From contig MGFR01000005.1 of NCBI GenBank assembly GCA_001791995.1, forward strand, positions 26,895 through 90,894: a stretch of DNA of 64,000 bases, in the 5' to 3' direction. The notes beneath the pieces are model-generated. The model saw only the letters and a program-made list of their open reading frames with translations, did not search any database and was not told where the DNA came from. Both the position numbers and the translations under genes were made by a program. The stretch's first letter is position 1. Each line of letters starts with the position of its first letter. This DNA comes from Candidatus Woesebacteria bacterium RBG_13_46_13. Its GTDB lineage: Bacteria; Patescibacteriota; Microgenomatia; UBA8517. Below, one piece after another: positions 38,685 to 48,398 of this stretch.

Positions 38685-39291
38685 TTTTTAGAATCTTATA
38701 GACCCCTAAAGCAATCGCTCCGTTAATAAAAGGGTAATAAAAAATATAACCGGCTTCTTTTAGATGAACAGCGCCCTGAATAAAAAAGGACAAAAGAAGG
38801 ATGGCAAAGATAAATTTATTCGCAGATTTCAACAAATGGATTAAACCTACAACGAAAAATGGGAAAAGAATTAGACGGTAATCTGCAAAATACCAAGTAA
38901 AATCCAGGCCCGAATATAATCTTTGCGTGTATTTGTCGAAAAGAGGTTTTATTTTGTCAAAATATATTTTTCCGTATCTATTCCAGTAGTACCAATTCAG
39001 CTCCGTTTTGTAATAGAGTTGTCTACGTTCGACTTTTAAAGTCTCTGGGGTTGAACTGGGAAACTTAATTATTCCTAAATCGAAATCTTTAATCGAAATG
39101 AGAGTATAGAAAGCAAATACGACAAAGATCAGGGCCACTAGGCTTTTTTTGTTTTTCTTTATCAGAGCAAGGTAGAAAATTACAGTTTGGGCAACCAGAA
39201 GAAATACAAGTAGTCCTGAAGTTTGATAAATCCTGTATGTCCAGGAGTTGATAATCGCAACCAGCAAGGGCAGAACTATTAAGAAAAACAT
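38671..39291 (-). CDS. small membrane protein of unknown function
   Basis: 206 aa with N- and C-terminal TM helices; lies immediately downstream of a DPM1-like GT2. Confidence 0.35.
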   Translation of the reverse strand: MFFLIVLPLLVAIINSWTYRIYQTSGLLVFLLVAQTVIFYLALIKKNKKSLVALIFVVFAFYTLISIKDFDLGIIKFPSSTPETLKVERRQLYYKTELNWYYWNRYGKIYFDKIKPLFDKYTQRLYSGLDFTWYFADYRLILFPFFVVGLIHLLKSANKFIFAILLLSFFIQGAVHLKEAGYIFYYPFINGAIALGVYKILKNDKE

Positions 39292-39294
39292 TCT

Positions 39295-40047
39295 TTATTT
39301 CCTCGGAGCAAAATATTTACTTTTTTTAATTCCCCAAAGGTGAAGTAAGTAAACGGCAATAACCCAGTATGTCTCAAGCAAAAACTTCGCGCCTCTTAAG
39401 AATTTAATAGAGGAGGCTCTATCGTGATAGCGGGTTTCGATAGGGATCTCGCCTATCTTAAAACCATAGCTAATCGCGGCAACTTTCATCTGTTGGTCAA
39501 AAACAAAGTCGTTGGAAAATCTTTGAAAAGGAACGGTGAGCAAGAGCTTCTTCGAAAAAGCCCTGTAGCCGGAAAAATGTTCGCTGAAATTAACCCCCAA
39601 AAGGATATTCTCCAAAATTGTATCCAGTCTATTGAGGAAATATTTCAGCTTTGGCATGCCACCGGCCAATGCCCCACCGCGAGTCAGAATACGACTACCA
39701 AACATATAATCGCGCTTTCCCCTTAAGATCGGTTCTATCAAGTCTCCGATAACGGTTCCGTCATATTGATAATCGGGGTGAAGCATAACAACAACGTCGG
39801 GATTGAATTTTAATGCTTCCCAGTAACAGGTTTTTTGGTTTCCTCCGTAGCCGGTGTTGTTGGGGTGGGCATAAACCGTAATGCCCAACTTTTTTGCAAC
39901 CTCCACCGTATTATCACGGCTCTCATCGTCAACCAAAATCACGTGTTTTCTGTACTTCGGTTCAATTTCCTCCAAAGTATCCTTAACGGTCCGGGCTGCA
40001 TTGTAGGCAGGCATCACTACTACCACTGTGGGGTTTTTCTTGCTCAT
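39295..40047 (-). CDS. GT2 polyprenyl-phosphate sugar synthase (DPM1/Ppm1/GtrB-like)
   Basis: VVVVMPAYNAARTVKDTLEEI...ILVDDESRDNTVEVA...VVVMLHPDYQYDG...YMFGSR. Confidence 0.75.
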   Translation of the reverse strand: MSKKNPTVVVVMPAYNAARTVKDTLEEIEPKYRKHVILVDDESRDNTVEVAKKLGITVYAHPNNTGYGGNQKTCYWEALKFNPDVVVMLHPDYQYDGTVIGDLIEPILRGKRDYMFGSRILTRGGALAGGMPKLKYFLNRLDTILENILLGVNFSEHFSGYRAFSKKLLLTVPFQRFSNDFVFDQQMKVAAISYGFKIGEIPIETRYHDRASSIKFLRGAKFLLETYWVIAVYLLHLWGIKKSKYFAPRK

Positions 40048-41663
40048 GTTTTAATAATATAAAAAGCTGGTGCTGTTGTTCTGAAATAAATAATTTTCAA
40101 TATTTTAGCCTTTTCCTTCTGTTCAAAATCGGCCGGCAGACTCCAATGGCTGGCAATTATCAGCGTATTTTTCAGATATTGATCCTTCGGCCAATAGACG
40201 GCGCGAATATCAAATTTACCGAACGTCGTCTCTCTCTTTGCCTGATCGCCTATCTCAAACTCCTCCTGCATATTCTCTGGGGGGTACTTTCCGTAAAAAC
40301 CCAGATAATAATGCGTACCCGTTGCTATCCAAGGTTTAAACTCACCAAATTTGGGATCGAAAACGATTGTCTCGTATTTATCGTAATTCTCCCAAGCATA
40401 TTGGGCAACCTCACGAAAAGGATACTGCAACATCTCGCTTCTCTCAATAGGATAGTTGAGGGTGTATCTTTTCAGGAAGAAGCCCAGGTTTATCCCAAAA
40501 AGAACAAGCAAAACCAAGATGGCCACCTTGCCAAATTTCTTATAAAACCAGAATATGCCGAAGGCAGAAACGATATTGAGCATCGTAAAGGCCATTATTG
40601 CCCGATGGGGACTGTAATCTTCGAAAGTCAACCCGCTAGGAATAAACCCTACCAGTATCCAGGTTAAGATAAACAACTTTCCCTCAACAAGTTTTTTGTC
40701 CTTGGCCAAAAGATAGATCCCGGCAAGCAAAAACGGAATGGAAACCGCAAAAAGCGGACCGACATCTCTCTTGCCTTCGGTCATATTCAAGCCCTCGAAA
40801 AATAAATATTTGGGAGAAAATTGACGGACATATCTTACCGCACTATAGCCGGCGATGGTAAAAAGCTTTCCGAGTTGGCTTTTTTGGACAACCAGTTTTT
40901 CCGCCAGACGTGCATCCTGGGTTATAAATACTTTCGAAGTGCGGTCGCGCGTGGCGGGATTAACAAAAATCATATAGTAAAGAGGGGCTGCCACCAGAAG
41001 GAATAGAATGATCGGACCTATCTTAAGGGGTTTAAACTTTTTCCAAAAAATAACGATGAATGAGATCAAAAGAATGGGAATAATAACCGCTTGGGCGAAA
41101 TAGACGTAAGAAGCGATTCCCAAAATAACTGCACCCGCGTAGAAATATTTTATCTTCTTCTCCCTTAAGTAGATCGCCAGCAAAGAAAATGCGGTAAGCA
41201 TCAAAAATATTCCCGTCTGGTTTTCAAAACTTTTTCGGGAATAGAAAATTTCAAAAGGAGAAATGGCGGTAAGGCCGGCCGCAATTAGGGCAATACTTTT
41301 TTTGCGGATGAGCTTGTCTACAAAAAGGTAGACTCCGACGATTAGTAGCGTCCCGAAGAAAGCTCCCGTAATCCTAACGGTTACCTCCTGCCAACCGAAT
41401 ATTTTATAGACCATCGCTGTCGCATAGGTGTAAAACGGAGGTTTAAAATCGTTTACGGACGGAAAGATAAAAGGAAGTTTATTCCCGTAAATATCTTTTC
41501 CCGTTCTGACAATCGAAATCGCATCATAAAGCTGTGTCACCTCGTCATGGCTAAGCTGAATAGGAAATAAGGAAAGCTTACAGAAACGCAGGAAAGCTCC
41601 GAGTGAAACTATGAGCAGGAGTATAACTGCCGGTTTGCTAAATATTCTTAAAAGTCTCTTCAT
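40044..41663 (-). CDS. PMT/ArnT-like GT-C glycosyltransferase (paralog)
   Basis: LSHDEVTQLYDAISIVRTGKDIYGNKLPFIF. Confidence 0.65.
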   Translation of the reverse strand: MKRLLRIFSKPAVILLLIVSLGAFLRFCKLSLFPIQLSHDEVTQLYDAISIVRTGKDIYGNKLPFIFPSVNDFKPPFYTYATAMVYKIFGWQEVTVRITGAFFGTLLIVGVYLFVDKLIRKKSIALIAAGLTAISPFEIFYSRKSFENQTGIFLMLTAFSLLAIYLREKKIKYFYAGAVILGIASYVYFAQAVIIPILLISFIVIFWKKFKPLKIGPIILFLLVAAPLYYMIFVNPATRDRTSKVFITQDARLAEKLVVQKSQLGKLFTIAGYSAVRYVRQFSPKYLFFEGLNMTEGKRDVGPLFAVSIPFLLAGIYLLAKDKKLVEGKLFILTWILVGFIPSGLTFEDYSPHRAIMAFTMLNIVSAFGIFWFYKKFGKVAILVLLVLFGINLGFFLKRYTLNYPIERSEMLQYPFREVAQYAWENYDKYETIVFDPKFGEFKPWIATGTHYYLGFYGKYPPENMQEEFEIGDQAKRETTFGKFDIRAVYWPKDQYLKNTLIIASHWSLPADFEQKEKAKILKIIYFRTTAPAFYIIKT

Positions 41664-43129
41664 TCCTTCAGAAAAATGCTTTGAGCAAAAGAATTGGTAT
41701 ATATTTCTTTAAGACCGCTCTTTTCTTTCGGGCTTAACAGGTCAGGATAAGCTAAGAGTGCGCTTTTGGGCAATATTTCCTCCCCCTTCCTCCATTCGCT
41801 AAAGGTAAAAAGGTAGGCGGCCTGAAAAAATTTGATATCTTCTCTTCCTCCCGCCATATCTGTCAGTAGATATATTTTATATCCCTCTTTGTACTTTTCG
41901 CTAAGAACCTTATAAATAGAATGCCAGGGGCTAGAGAATGATTTAATCGCCCTCTCGGGATACGAATACCAATAGTCTTTAGCAAAGCTCACGTAATTAA
42001 AAACAATCAATATTATGACACCCACTATTCCCAATAATTTAAACGCTCTGGACTTTATGGTTGTAAGGTACACAAAACCCAAGGTTGAGATAAGTATATA
42101 AAACGGGATAAGAGCCAAAAGCCTGCTGGCCCGGTAGCTTTCGCCGACGAACACATAAAGGATTGGTGCGAGAAGAAAACAAATCAGCAAAAAGCGGTAA
42201 ATGTTACTCTTTTCTCTTATTCCCTTGACTACCCCCAAGACAAAAAGAGGAAGGCTGGCCAAGAGAAACATTCCCGTTGTTCCGGTTGAATGATAAATGG
42301 TTGCGTCTCCTTTTAAGAATAGGAAAACAGGGTCAAAAATCGAAAGATACGGCAGAATAAATTGTTGATAAGAAGTTATTGGAATAAATGAGTTATTCCC
42401 GAATACCGCTCCCGGATAGTGAAAATAGGCCCAAGCAAGAAGAAGAATAAAGGGAGCGGTGCCGCCTAAAAATGATAAGACTGCCCTAGTCTTTCTGATA
42501 TACACGATGGTCATTGCTGCCAAAACAGGAACAATAAGCCGCATCCCGTAATAGGAAAAAATTCCGGCCCCAAGGGCAATCCCCGCAAAGACCAGATATT
42601 TCGTGTCCGCCTTTTTGGTGTATTTGATAAGCATCCAGAGCCAAATGGTGACAAAAGGAAGCGGGGCGATGTTCTCAAGCGCCAAATGGGACTGAATCAA
42701 TATTATCGGGGTCGAAACAAAAAGAAGTATCGCTACTATCCCGGCACTCACCCCCAGCAATTGTTTTGCCAGGAAGAAAAGTAAGACCGCCCCCGTAAGT
42801 GCAATAAAAACGCTTACTCCCCGAAGCACCTCATATGAGGGACCGAAGATTTTAAAGGCCGCGACAGTCAAATAAAAAGTCGCAGGCTGTTTCCAGTCGG
42901 AGCCCGTAGCAATAAAGAGAGGAAATCTATTACCAGCCTCGACCCTACCGGAGTCGGCAAGCAAAACCGCATTGTAAGCAATCGACGCTTCGTCGCCGTT
43001 TATTCCCGGAGGAACCTGGGTTATTTTGTAAGAGAAAAGAAGAAACGAAGCAGCAAGAATCAATAAAACCAACCAAATGCTTTTCATTAGAAAGTCCCGG
43101 GTGTATATATCAGTGGAAGCTTCCCCCAA
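41660..43129 (-). CDS. PMT/ArnT-like GT-C glycosyltransferase (paralog)
   Basis: TQVPPGINGDEASIAYNAVLLADSGRVEAGNRFPLF. Confidence 0.65.
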   Translation of the reverse strand: MGEASTDIYTRDFLMKSIWLVLLILAASFLLFSYKITQVPPGINGDEASIAYNAVLLADSGRVEAGNRFPLFIATGSDWKQPATFYLTVAAFKIFGPSYEVLRGVSVFIALTGAVLLFFLAKQLLGVSAGIVAILLFVSTPIILIQSHLALENIAPLPFVTIWLWMLIKYTKKADTKYLVFAGIALGAGIFSYYGMRLIVPVLAAMTIVYIRKTRAVLSFLGGTAPFILLLAWAYFHYPGAVFGNNSFIPITSYQQFILPYLSIFDPVFLFLKGDATIYHSTGTTGMFLLASLPLFVLGVVKGIREKSNIYRFLLICFLLAPILYVFVGESYRASRLLALIPFYILISTLGFVYLTTIKSRAFKLLGIVGVIILIVFNYVSFAKDYWYSYPERAIKSFSSPWHSIYKVLSEKYKEGYKIYLLTDMAGGREDIKFFQAAYLFTFSEWRKGEEILPKSALLAYPDLLSPKEKSGLKEIYTNSFAQSIFLKE

Positions 43130-44592
43130 TTGTCCAGAATAAAGAATAAAGATCTGCGGTTAAGAAGGGTCAGGGTCAATAGCAATAGTATTACGCCCCA
43201 AAACCACACCTTCTTAAATCTCTTGCTCTTTTTATAGAATGCCCAAAATGCTCCAGCCCCGACAAAGATTAAAAACAAAAGCCTATATATTCCGAAAGGC
43301 TGGTTCTTCTGAAAAACTCCATATCCCCAATAGAAACTGCTGGAAATAAATACCAAGAACGCCAAAAGAATGGACGAAAATGTCGGAGATGTTGCCAGAT
43401 TATAGAAGAAAAGGGCAATGGCAATAGAGACAAAAGGAATAAGCGGAATAAAATACCAGGGGAAATTTGCCCCCACCAGCCAAAGCGCCGAAAAAAGAGT
43501 CGCAACGATACTAAATAACATTGGCATATACTCACGCTTTTTGGGAATAAGAAGAAGGGCAATAAAGCCACCGAGCCACCAGCCGTCTACGGGGAAATTA
43601 AAAATGCTGACCTTAAAAGCAGTTACCAAAAGATTGATTGAACCGATAAATCCTCTTTCGATACTTTGAAAAAGGAATAAATCCAAAAACAATTTGGGTG
43701 CCAGCCAAAGTCCCCAGACAAAAGAGAGCGATCCGACAACCACAGCCGGAATCAAATAACACAAAATATCTTTGATTTTAAATTTCCAGTAGATCAGAAG
43801 AGCCGCGAAGGCAAGTACAAATACCCAACCCGCAAGTTTTGTCAGGGCCAAAAGCCCCCCAACCACTCCCGCCGCTACCAATAAACCCCTTGAGGGTTTG
43901 GCTTTAGCAAAAACTAATATGATTAAGGCCAAAAGGATAAGCGGAGCCATAACGTTTTCCAACAAGGCATACCTCTCCACTAATAGATATGAAGGAACCG
44001 TTCCGTAGACCGTCGAGGCGATAAGCCCGACGAGAGGTTTCCTGCTCATCTGCAAAGCCAAAACAAATATTAAAAATTGCGTCAGTATCCCCAGATAGAT
44101 TGCAGAGCGTCTCATGTCGTAGCTTGAGACATCTCCGAAAGTTTTGGCGTCTTTATTCACAAACAAGCTAAGAACTAAGGCACCGAACGGAGGATGGTCC
44201 AAATAAGGCTGGACCATCCGTGTATGGGAAAGACCCCGACCGAAATCGTATTCGGCAACGCCGATTGCCGGTTTGGGGTAGCTGGAAAAATTGCCCAAAG
44301 AGGGTTTTATGTCCGCCACAGTCAGGTTAAATCCGTCAATCCTTCCTCCGGCACCGGTTTTTTGGGAGTCGACCATATAGGCATTAAGTATCGACCATGC
44401 TGCAGGAACACCGCTACTCCTGATACTTAATCCGTGCCAAACATTTGTATGTTCATCCAGGATAATAAACGGGTCCGGCTTAACGCTAAAGCCGACCGAG
44501 CGAAGATCAGCTCCCAGCTTAAGGGAAAAAACTAGAAGAATAGCCCAAAAGACAATCGAATATTTACGAGCCAAGGCAATAAGGGCTTTCAC
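43087..44592 (-). CDS. PMT-like GT-C membrane protein with extended N-terminal loop
   Basis: LDHPPFGALVL resembles the conserved HPP(L) loop motif of PMT-family enzymes; about 11 TM. The ORF track uses a GTG start; 43-nt overlap with the downstream gene suggests a shorter true start. Confidence 0.5.
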   Translation of the reverse strand: MKALIALARKYSIVFWAILLVFSLKLGADLRSVGFSVKPDPFIILDEHTNVWHGLSIRSSGVPAAWSILNAYMVDSQKTGAGGRIDGFNLTVADIKPSLGNFSSYPKPAIGVAEYDFGRGLSHTRMVQPYLDHPPFGALVLSLFVNKDAKTFGDVSSYDMRRSAIYLGILTQFLIFVLALQMSRKPLVGLIASTVYGTVPSYLLVERYALLENVMAPLILLALIILVFAKAKPSRGLLVAAGVVGGLLALTKLAGWVFVLAFAALLIYWKFKIKDILCYLIPAVVVGSLSFVWGLWLAPKLFLDLFLFQSIERGFIGSINLLVTAFKVSIFNFPVDGWWLGGFIALLLIPKKREYMPMLFSIVATLFSALWLVGANFPWYFIPLIPFVSIAIALFFYNLATSPTFSSILLAFLVFISSSFYWGYGVFQKNQPFGIYRLLFLIFVGAGAFWAFYKKSKRFKKVWFWGVILLLLTLTLLNRRSLFFILDNWGKLPLIYTPGTF

Positions 44593-44616
44593 TAGTGATT
44601 ATTATATAATCAAAAA
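44593..44616. promoter_or_regulatory. very short divergent gap containing a ttatataat -10-like element
   Basis: 24 bp between a GTG-start minus gene and the plus-strand 662-aa membrane protein. The true start of the minus gene is probably further in. Confidence 0.2.
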
Positions 44617-46605
44617 ATGCAGGGTGCATACTTCATCCTCAATTTGCTGCTCTTTGTGGGAACATCCTTCGTATTTTTCGTCATCCCGGGAGTCTATATT
44701 CTTGCAATAGCCTTTCCTAAACTTTCCCCTTGGGAAAAATTCATTTACGGAACGGTTGTCGGCCTGGTTTTATTTACTCTGGTTTCTTATCTTTTGCTGC
44801 TTATAAATTTCCCCTTGGCTATTTTTGTGGTGTATGCAATTTTTGACCTCGTTGCGGCCAAACAGACTCTGGCTCTATTTAAACAGCTGACACTGCCATC
44901 CAAAAAATGGGGCATGGTCATTGTTTTGGTGTTTGCGTTGGGAATCCTCGGACAACTGTTAGTTATTGCACCCAGCGGGACATTCGTTGAAGGTGCTCTT
45001 GTTTTCTGGGGTTCCCATGCCCACGACGCTTCCTGGCATATTGCTCTGATGAATGAAATGAACAAAGGCTTCCCCCTGCAAAATCCCGTATTCGCCGGAG
45101 AAAGACTTATTAATTATCACTTCTTCTCGGATGTCGCTCCAGCAATCTTTAATAAATTCTTGAAACTTCCCGCCTTAGACTTATATTTTCGTTTTTTCCC
45201 GCTGCTTGAGTCGCTGCTTTTGGGAGCCAGTGCCTACTTTCTAACCAAAAAGCTAGGCAAAAGTACTCTTGCCGGAATATGGGGAGTGATATTTGTCTAC
45301 TTCGGGGGTAGTTTCGGATACATGGTAACGCTTCTGCAAGGAAGGGGAGTTGGGGGAGAAAGCCTTTTTTGGGCTACCCAAATTCAAAGCTCGATCGCAA
45401 ACCCTCCCCAGATAATTTCTGATTTCTTGGTATTAACCGTCCTTTTCCTATTGATATCGTTTCTGGCCAAACCAAAACTGCTACCAGGAATCGTAATCGC
45501 TTTGGCTGTCGGGGTTCTGGCAACTTTTAAGGTCTATGCTGCAATCCCAGTGTTGGGCGCATTGGCAATTGCTTCGGTTTGGAGATTGGCCAGGGAGAAA
45601 AAAATCGATCTTTTTGCCGTAACTCTGACGGCCGGCGCGCTTACTGCAGGTTTGTATCTTCCCAATACCAAAGCCAGTACCGCCTTTCTTATTTTCCAGC
45701 CCTGGTGGTTTGTCAGAACCATGGTCGTCGAGCCTTCCCGGCTTAACTGGATTGATTTGGAACTAAGAAGGCAGTTTTATCTGGACAGAGGAGGAGTCAG
45801 ATCAATCTTAAGAATAATCGAATACGAATCAGTTGCCCTGATTATTTTCTTTTTCGGCAACCTGGGAACGCGGGCCTTGGGTTTTTGGCAAGCGATTGGC
45901 TCCGCCAAGAATTACTTCTCCGACTACTTCAGCCAAATATTTGCATCCATCATGATAATTTCTTTTATCCTTCCTCTCCTTTTCCTGCAAAAGGGAGTGG
46001 CTGGCAATACCGCACAGTTTCTACAATATTTTCTGCTCTTGTTCGGTATCTCGGCTGCCATTGCCATCAGTAAGTTCTTGGGTAAAATCAAAAATCCCAT
46101 TCTGGGTTTGGCTATTTCTTTGGCAATTATCGCCCTTTCGGCCCCAACACAGATGGCACAGATCGTTGATTTTTACAAAAGAGCACCTTTTGCCAAGATT
46201 TCCCCGGAAGAGCTTAGTGCCCTCTCCCTAATCAAAAAAGATTTCAAAAGCGACACTGTGGTCATGACTCCACCTTATAACCAATACGTCGATTTAAAAA
46301 CAGCGATACCCGATATCTGGGACTGGTCCGACTCCGGCTATGTTTCGGCCTTTTCCGGTAAAGAAACTTACATTTCCGATATCGAACAGGTCGATGTCAT
46401 GGGTTACGATTACAAAGAGAGATTATCTTTCCAAGAAAAAATATTTCTAGAGCCCTCCGCCCAGGTACTGGCGGAAAAACTTAAGGAAAAGGGAATAAGC
46501 GTCTTGTATTTTCCCCAACAATTAAAACCTAAGGCGGATTATGACACTAAATTCTTCGATAAAATTGTGGAAAATCGAAAAGTTGAAGTATGGATAGTTA
46601 AATAG
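44617..46605 (+). CDS. large polytopic membrane protein (unknown family; paralog of 48395..50338)
   Basis: 662 aa. Shared motifs HDASWHIALMNEM / HDGVWHQALVNQL and YFGGSFGYM / YFGGSFGYI. Confidence 0.5.
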   Translation: MQGAYFILNLLLFVGTSFVFFVIPGVYILAIAFPKLSPWEKFIYGTVVGLVLFTLVSYLLLLINFPLAIFVVYAIFDLVAAKQTLALFKQLTLPSKKWGMVIVLVFALGILGQLLVIAPSGTFVEGALVFWGSHAHDASWHIALMNEMNKGFPLQNPVFAGERLINYHFFSDVAPAIFNKFLKLPALDLYFRFFPLLESLLLGASAYFLTKKLGKSTLAGIWGVIFVYFGGSFGYMVTLLQGRGVGGESLFWATQIQSSIANPPQIISDFLVLTVLFLLISFLAKPKLLPGIVIALAVGVLATFKVYAAIPVLGALAIASVWRLAREKKIDLFAVTLTAGALTAGLYLPNTKASTAFLIFQPWWFVRTMVVEPSRLNWIDLELRRQFYLDRGGVRSILRIIEYESVALIIFFFGNLGTRALGFWQAIGSAKNYFSDYFSQIFASIMIISFILPLLFLQKGVAGNTAQFLQYFLLLFGISAAIAISKFLGKIKNPILGLAISLAIIALSAPTQMAQIVDFYKRAPFAKISPEELSALSLIKKDFKSDTVVMTPPYNQYVDLKTAIPDIWDWSDSGYVSAFSGKETYISDIEQVDVMGYDYKERLSFQEKIFLEPSAQVLAEKLKEKGISVLYFPQQLKPKADYDTKFFDKIVENRKVEVWIVK

Positions 46606-47206
46606 TTTTGCCTTTTCCAAACACTATATAGCCAAACCCCAGAGAGATTATCCCGAAATAAAACAAGGCAAAAGTTCTGTCTTCCCAGAACCTCATGTTC
46701 AAGTTCGTATAGATATCCCTTATAAGAATGAGTGCCGATAGAGGTTTATAATAGGTTACCGAAGCAGCTGTATCGGAGTCTCTGGATAGATAGACCTCCA
46801 ACGCTTCTTCTTTCCTGCTCGAGGGGGAGGTTAACATTAGATCATATTTTCTCCCTTTCGAGTCTGTGATGGGTTCGAACATAAATCTTACAAACCCCCC
46901 ATCCGGGATGTTCCACCCACTTAGCGTTATCGTTCTTGCCAACTGCCCATTCTCGTTGATAATCTTCAGGATAATTTCCTCTTTGTTTTGAAGATTAGGA
47001 TTCTTAAAACTAAAGCCTATCCCGTTGAAGTTGTTGTAGGGTACCGTTACTTTATCCTCTATGGCTACGTTTTCATAGAATTTTTTGGTAACACCAAGCG
47101 GGGGTTGATCCTCTACCGGCAAATAACGAATCCCGAATGACAACAACGCCGGTAAGGTAAAAAGGGTCAATACAAAAAGGAAAAGGGCAATTTTAGGTTT
47201 GTTCAT
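46598..47206 (-). CDS. small membrane-anchored protein with extracytoplasmic domain
   Basis: 202 aa with N-terminal signal-anchor and C-terminal TM helix. 8-nt convergent overlap with 44617..46605. Confidence 0.35.
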   Translation of the reverse strand: MNKPKIALFLFVLTLFTLPALLSFGIRYLPVEDQPPLGVTKKFYENVAIEDKVTVPYNNFNGIGFSFKNPNLQNKEEIILKIINENGQLARTITLSGWNIPDGGFVRFMFEPITDSKGRKYDLMLTSPSSRKEEALEVYLSRDSDTAASVTYYKPLSALILIRDIYTNLNMRFWEDRTFALFYFGIISLGFGYIVFGKGKTI

Positions 47207-48398
47207 TTTTATATCCTTTTAGCAATTTCCAAATTAGGCCAAGAGAACACCCCACAAAAATACTGTGAATCAAACCTTGAATAAGATAGGGGTCTCCCAA
47301 TCTTTGAACTATCGCAAAAGGAGCGGGAATTAGGCCAAACCATCTACTAATAGGGGTTAAGAGTGACACACTCATGAATTTGTCGTTATAAAGAAAAGGA
47401 ACCGCAAACGCAGAAACGGAGGCTAAAACAAGAAGCCAGGAATATCTGTTTTCCTCTGCCCAAAGAATTACGAAGGACGGCATAATCCAGAGTAGCCATT
47501 GGATATGGAAATGGATAAAGGGAATTACAATGAGCAAAGCCGACAAATAATATTTCCAAAGGGCAGTTTTGGGACGGAACCAGGAAAACAGATACAAACC
47601 CACAAGAGCAACGGGAACGACCAGAATCTTCTCTCCACCGGAGATGCTAATCCCCGCCTCCAATATCCGTGTAGTCAGTCCCGAGGCAAATGAAGACGCC
47701 ACAAATGCCGGAGACCAAAAAGGAAGGATAATCACGGCCAAAGTCGCCAAAAATACCAAAGAGGCGGTTATCCTTTCTGACCATTTTTCCATCTTGGCCA
47801 GGAGAAACGGAAAGAAAAGAACTGGATACGCCTTAAATCCTACGGCCAGCCCCATGAGGACAGAGGCACCCAGCGGCTTGTTCTTTTTCATTGCCAAAAG
47901 AGAGGCAAGAACCAGAAAGACCGGAATGATATCTACGTTGGAAAAGAAATAGAGAAGAATCAGGGTAAAGGGGTTGAAAAGCCAAATGGTAAAAACCTTC
48001 TTTTTGTCTTCCTGTTTTTCGAAAAACCCCATCAATAGGTAGGCTATCGCAATATCCAAAACCAAGTAAGGAAGTTTCAGGACAAAAAGATAGCGGAATA
48101 TCCCGGGGGATTCTACTCCCCGACCGGTCGCATCGGAAAGCCAGGCCGTAAAATTCTCTCCAAGCAGGGGAGAGACTAAGGCCTGATATCCTCCCAGGAA
48201 AAAATAAGTTAAAGGGAAATAGACAAACTCTTCCTTGAGGGGAAGCTTCTCCCTATTGTCTATCAGGTAAGGATAGATATTGACCACTCCCTGCCTTAGA
48301 AACGAGGCCTGGAAATGGTAGGTCTTAATATCCGGATGAAAGAAAAACGGCATGATCAGAAGCCTGAGAAGGATTGCCAGAACCAAGAGTTTTTTCAT
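47193..48398 (-). CDS. polytopic membrane protein, DUF2029/GT87-like (putative mannosyltransferase); paralog of 50335..51594
   Basis: 401 aa, about 11 TM. FVLKLPYLVLDIAIAYLL is shared with LKLPYFAFDIAVAYLL in the paralog. Confidence 0.4.
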   Translation of the reverse strand: MKKLLVLAILLRLLIMPFFFHPDIKTYHFQASFLRQGVVNIYPYLIDNREKLPLKEEFVYFPLTYFFLGGYQALVSPLLGENFTAWLSDATGRGVESPGIFRYLFVLKLPYLVLDIAIAYLLMGFFEKQEDKKKVFTIWLFNPFTLILLYFFSNVDIIPVFLVLASLLAMKKNKPLGASVLMGLAVGFKAYPVLFFPFLLAKMEKWSERITASLVFLATLAVIILPFWSPAFVASSFASGLTTRILEAGISISGGEKILVVPVALVGLYLFSWFRPKTALWKYYLSALLIVIPFIHFHIQWLLWIMPSFVILWAEENRYSWLLVLASVSAFAVPFLYNDKFMSVSLLTPISRWFGLIPAPFAIVQRLGDPYLIQGLIHSIFVGCSLGLIWKLLKGYKNEQT

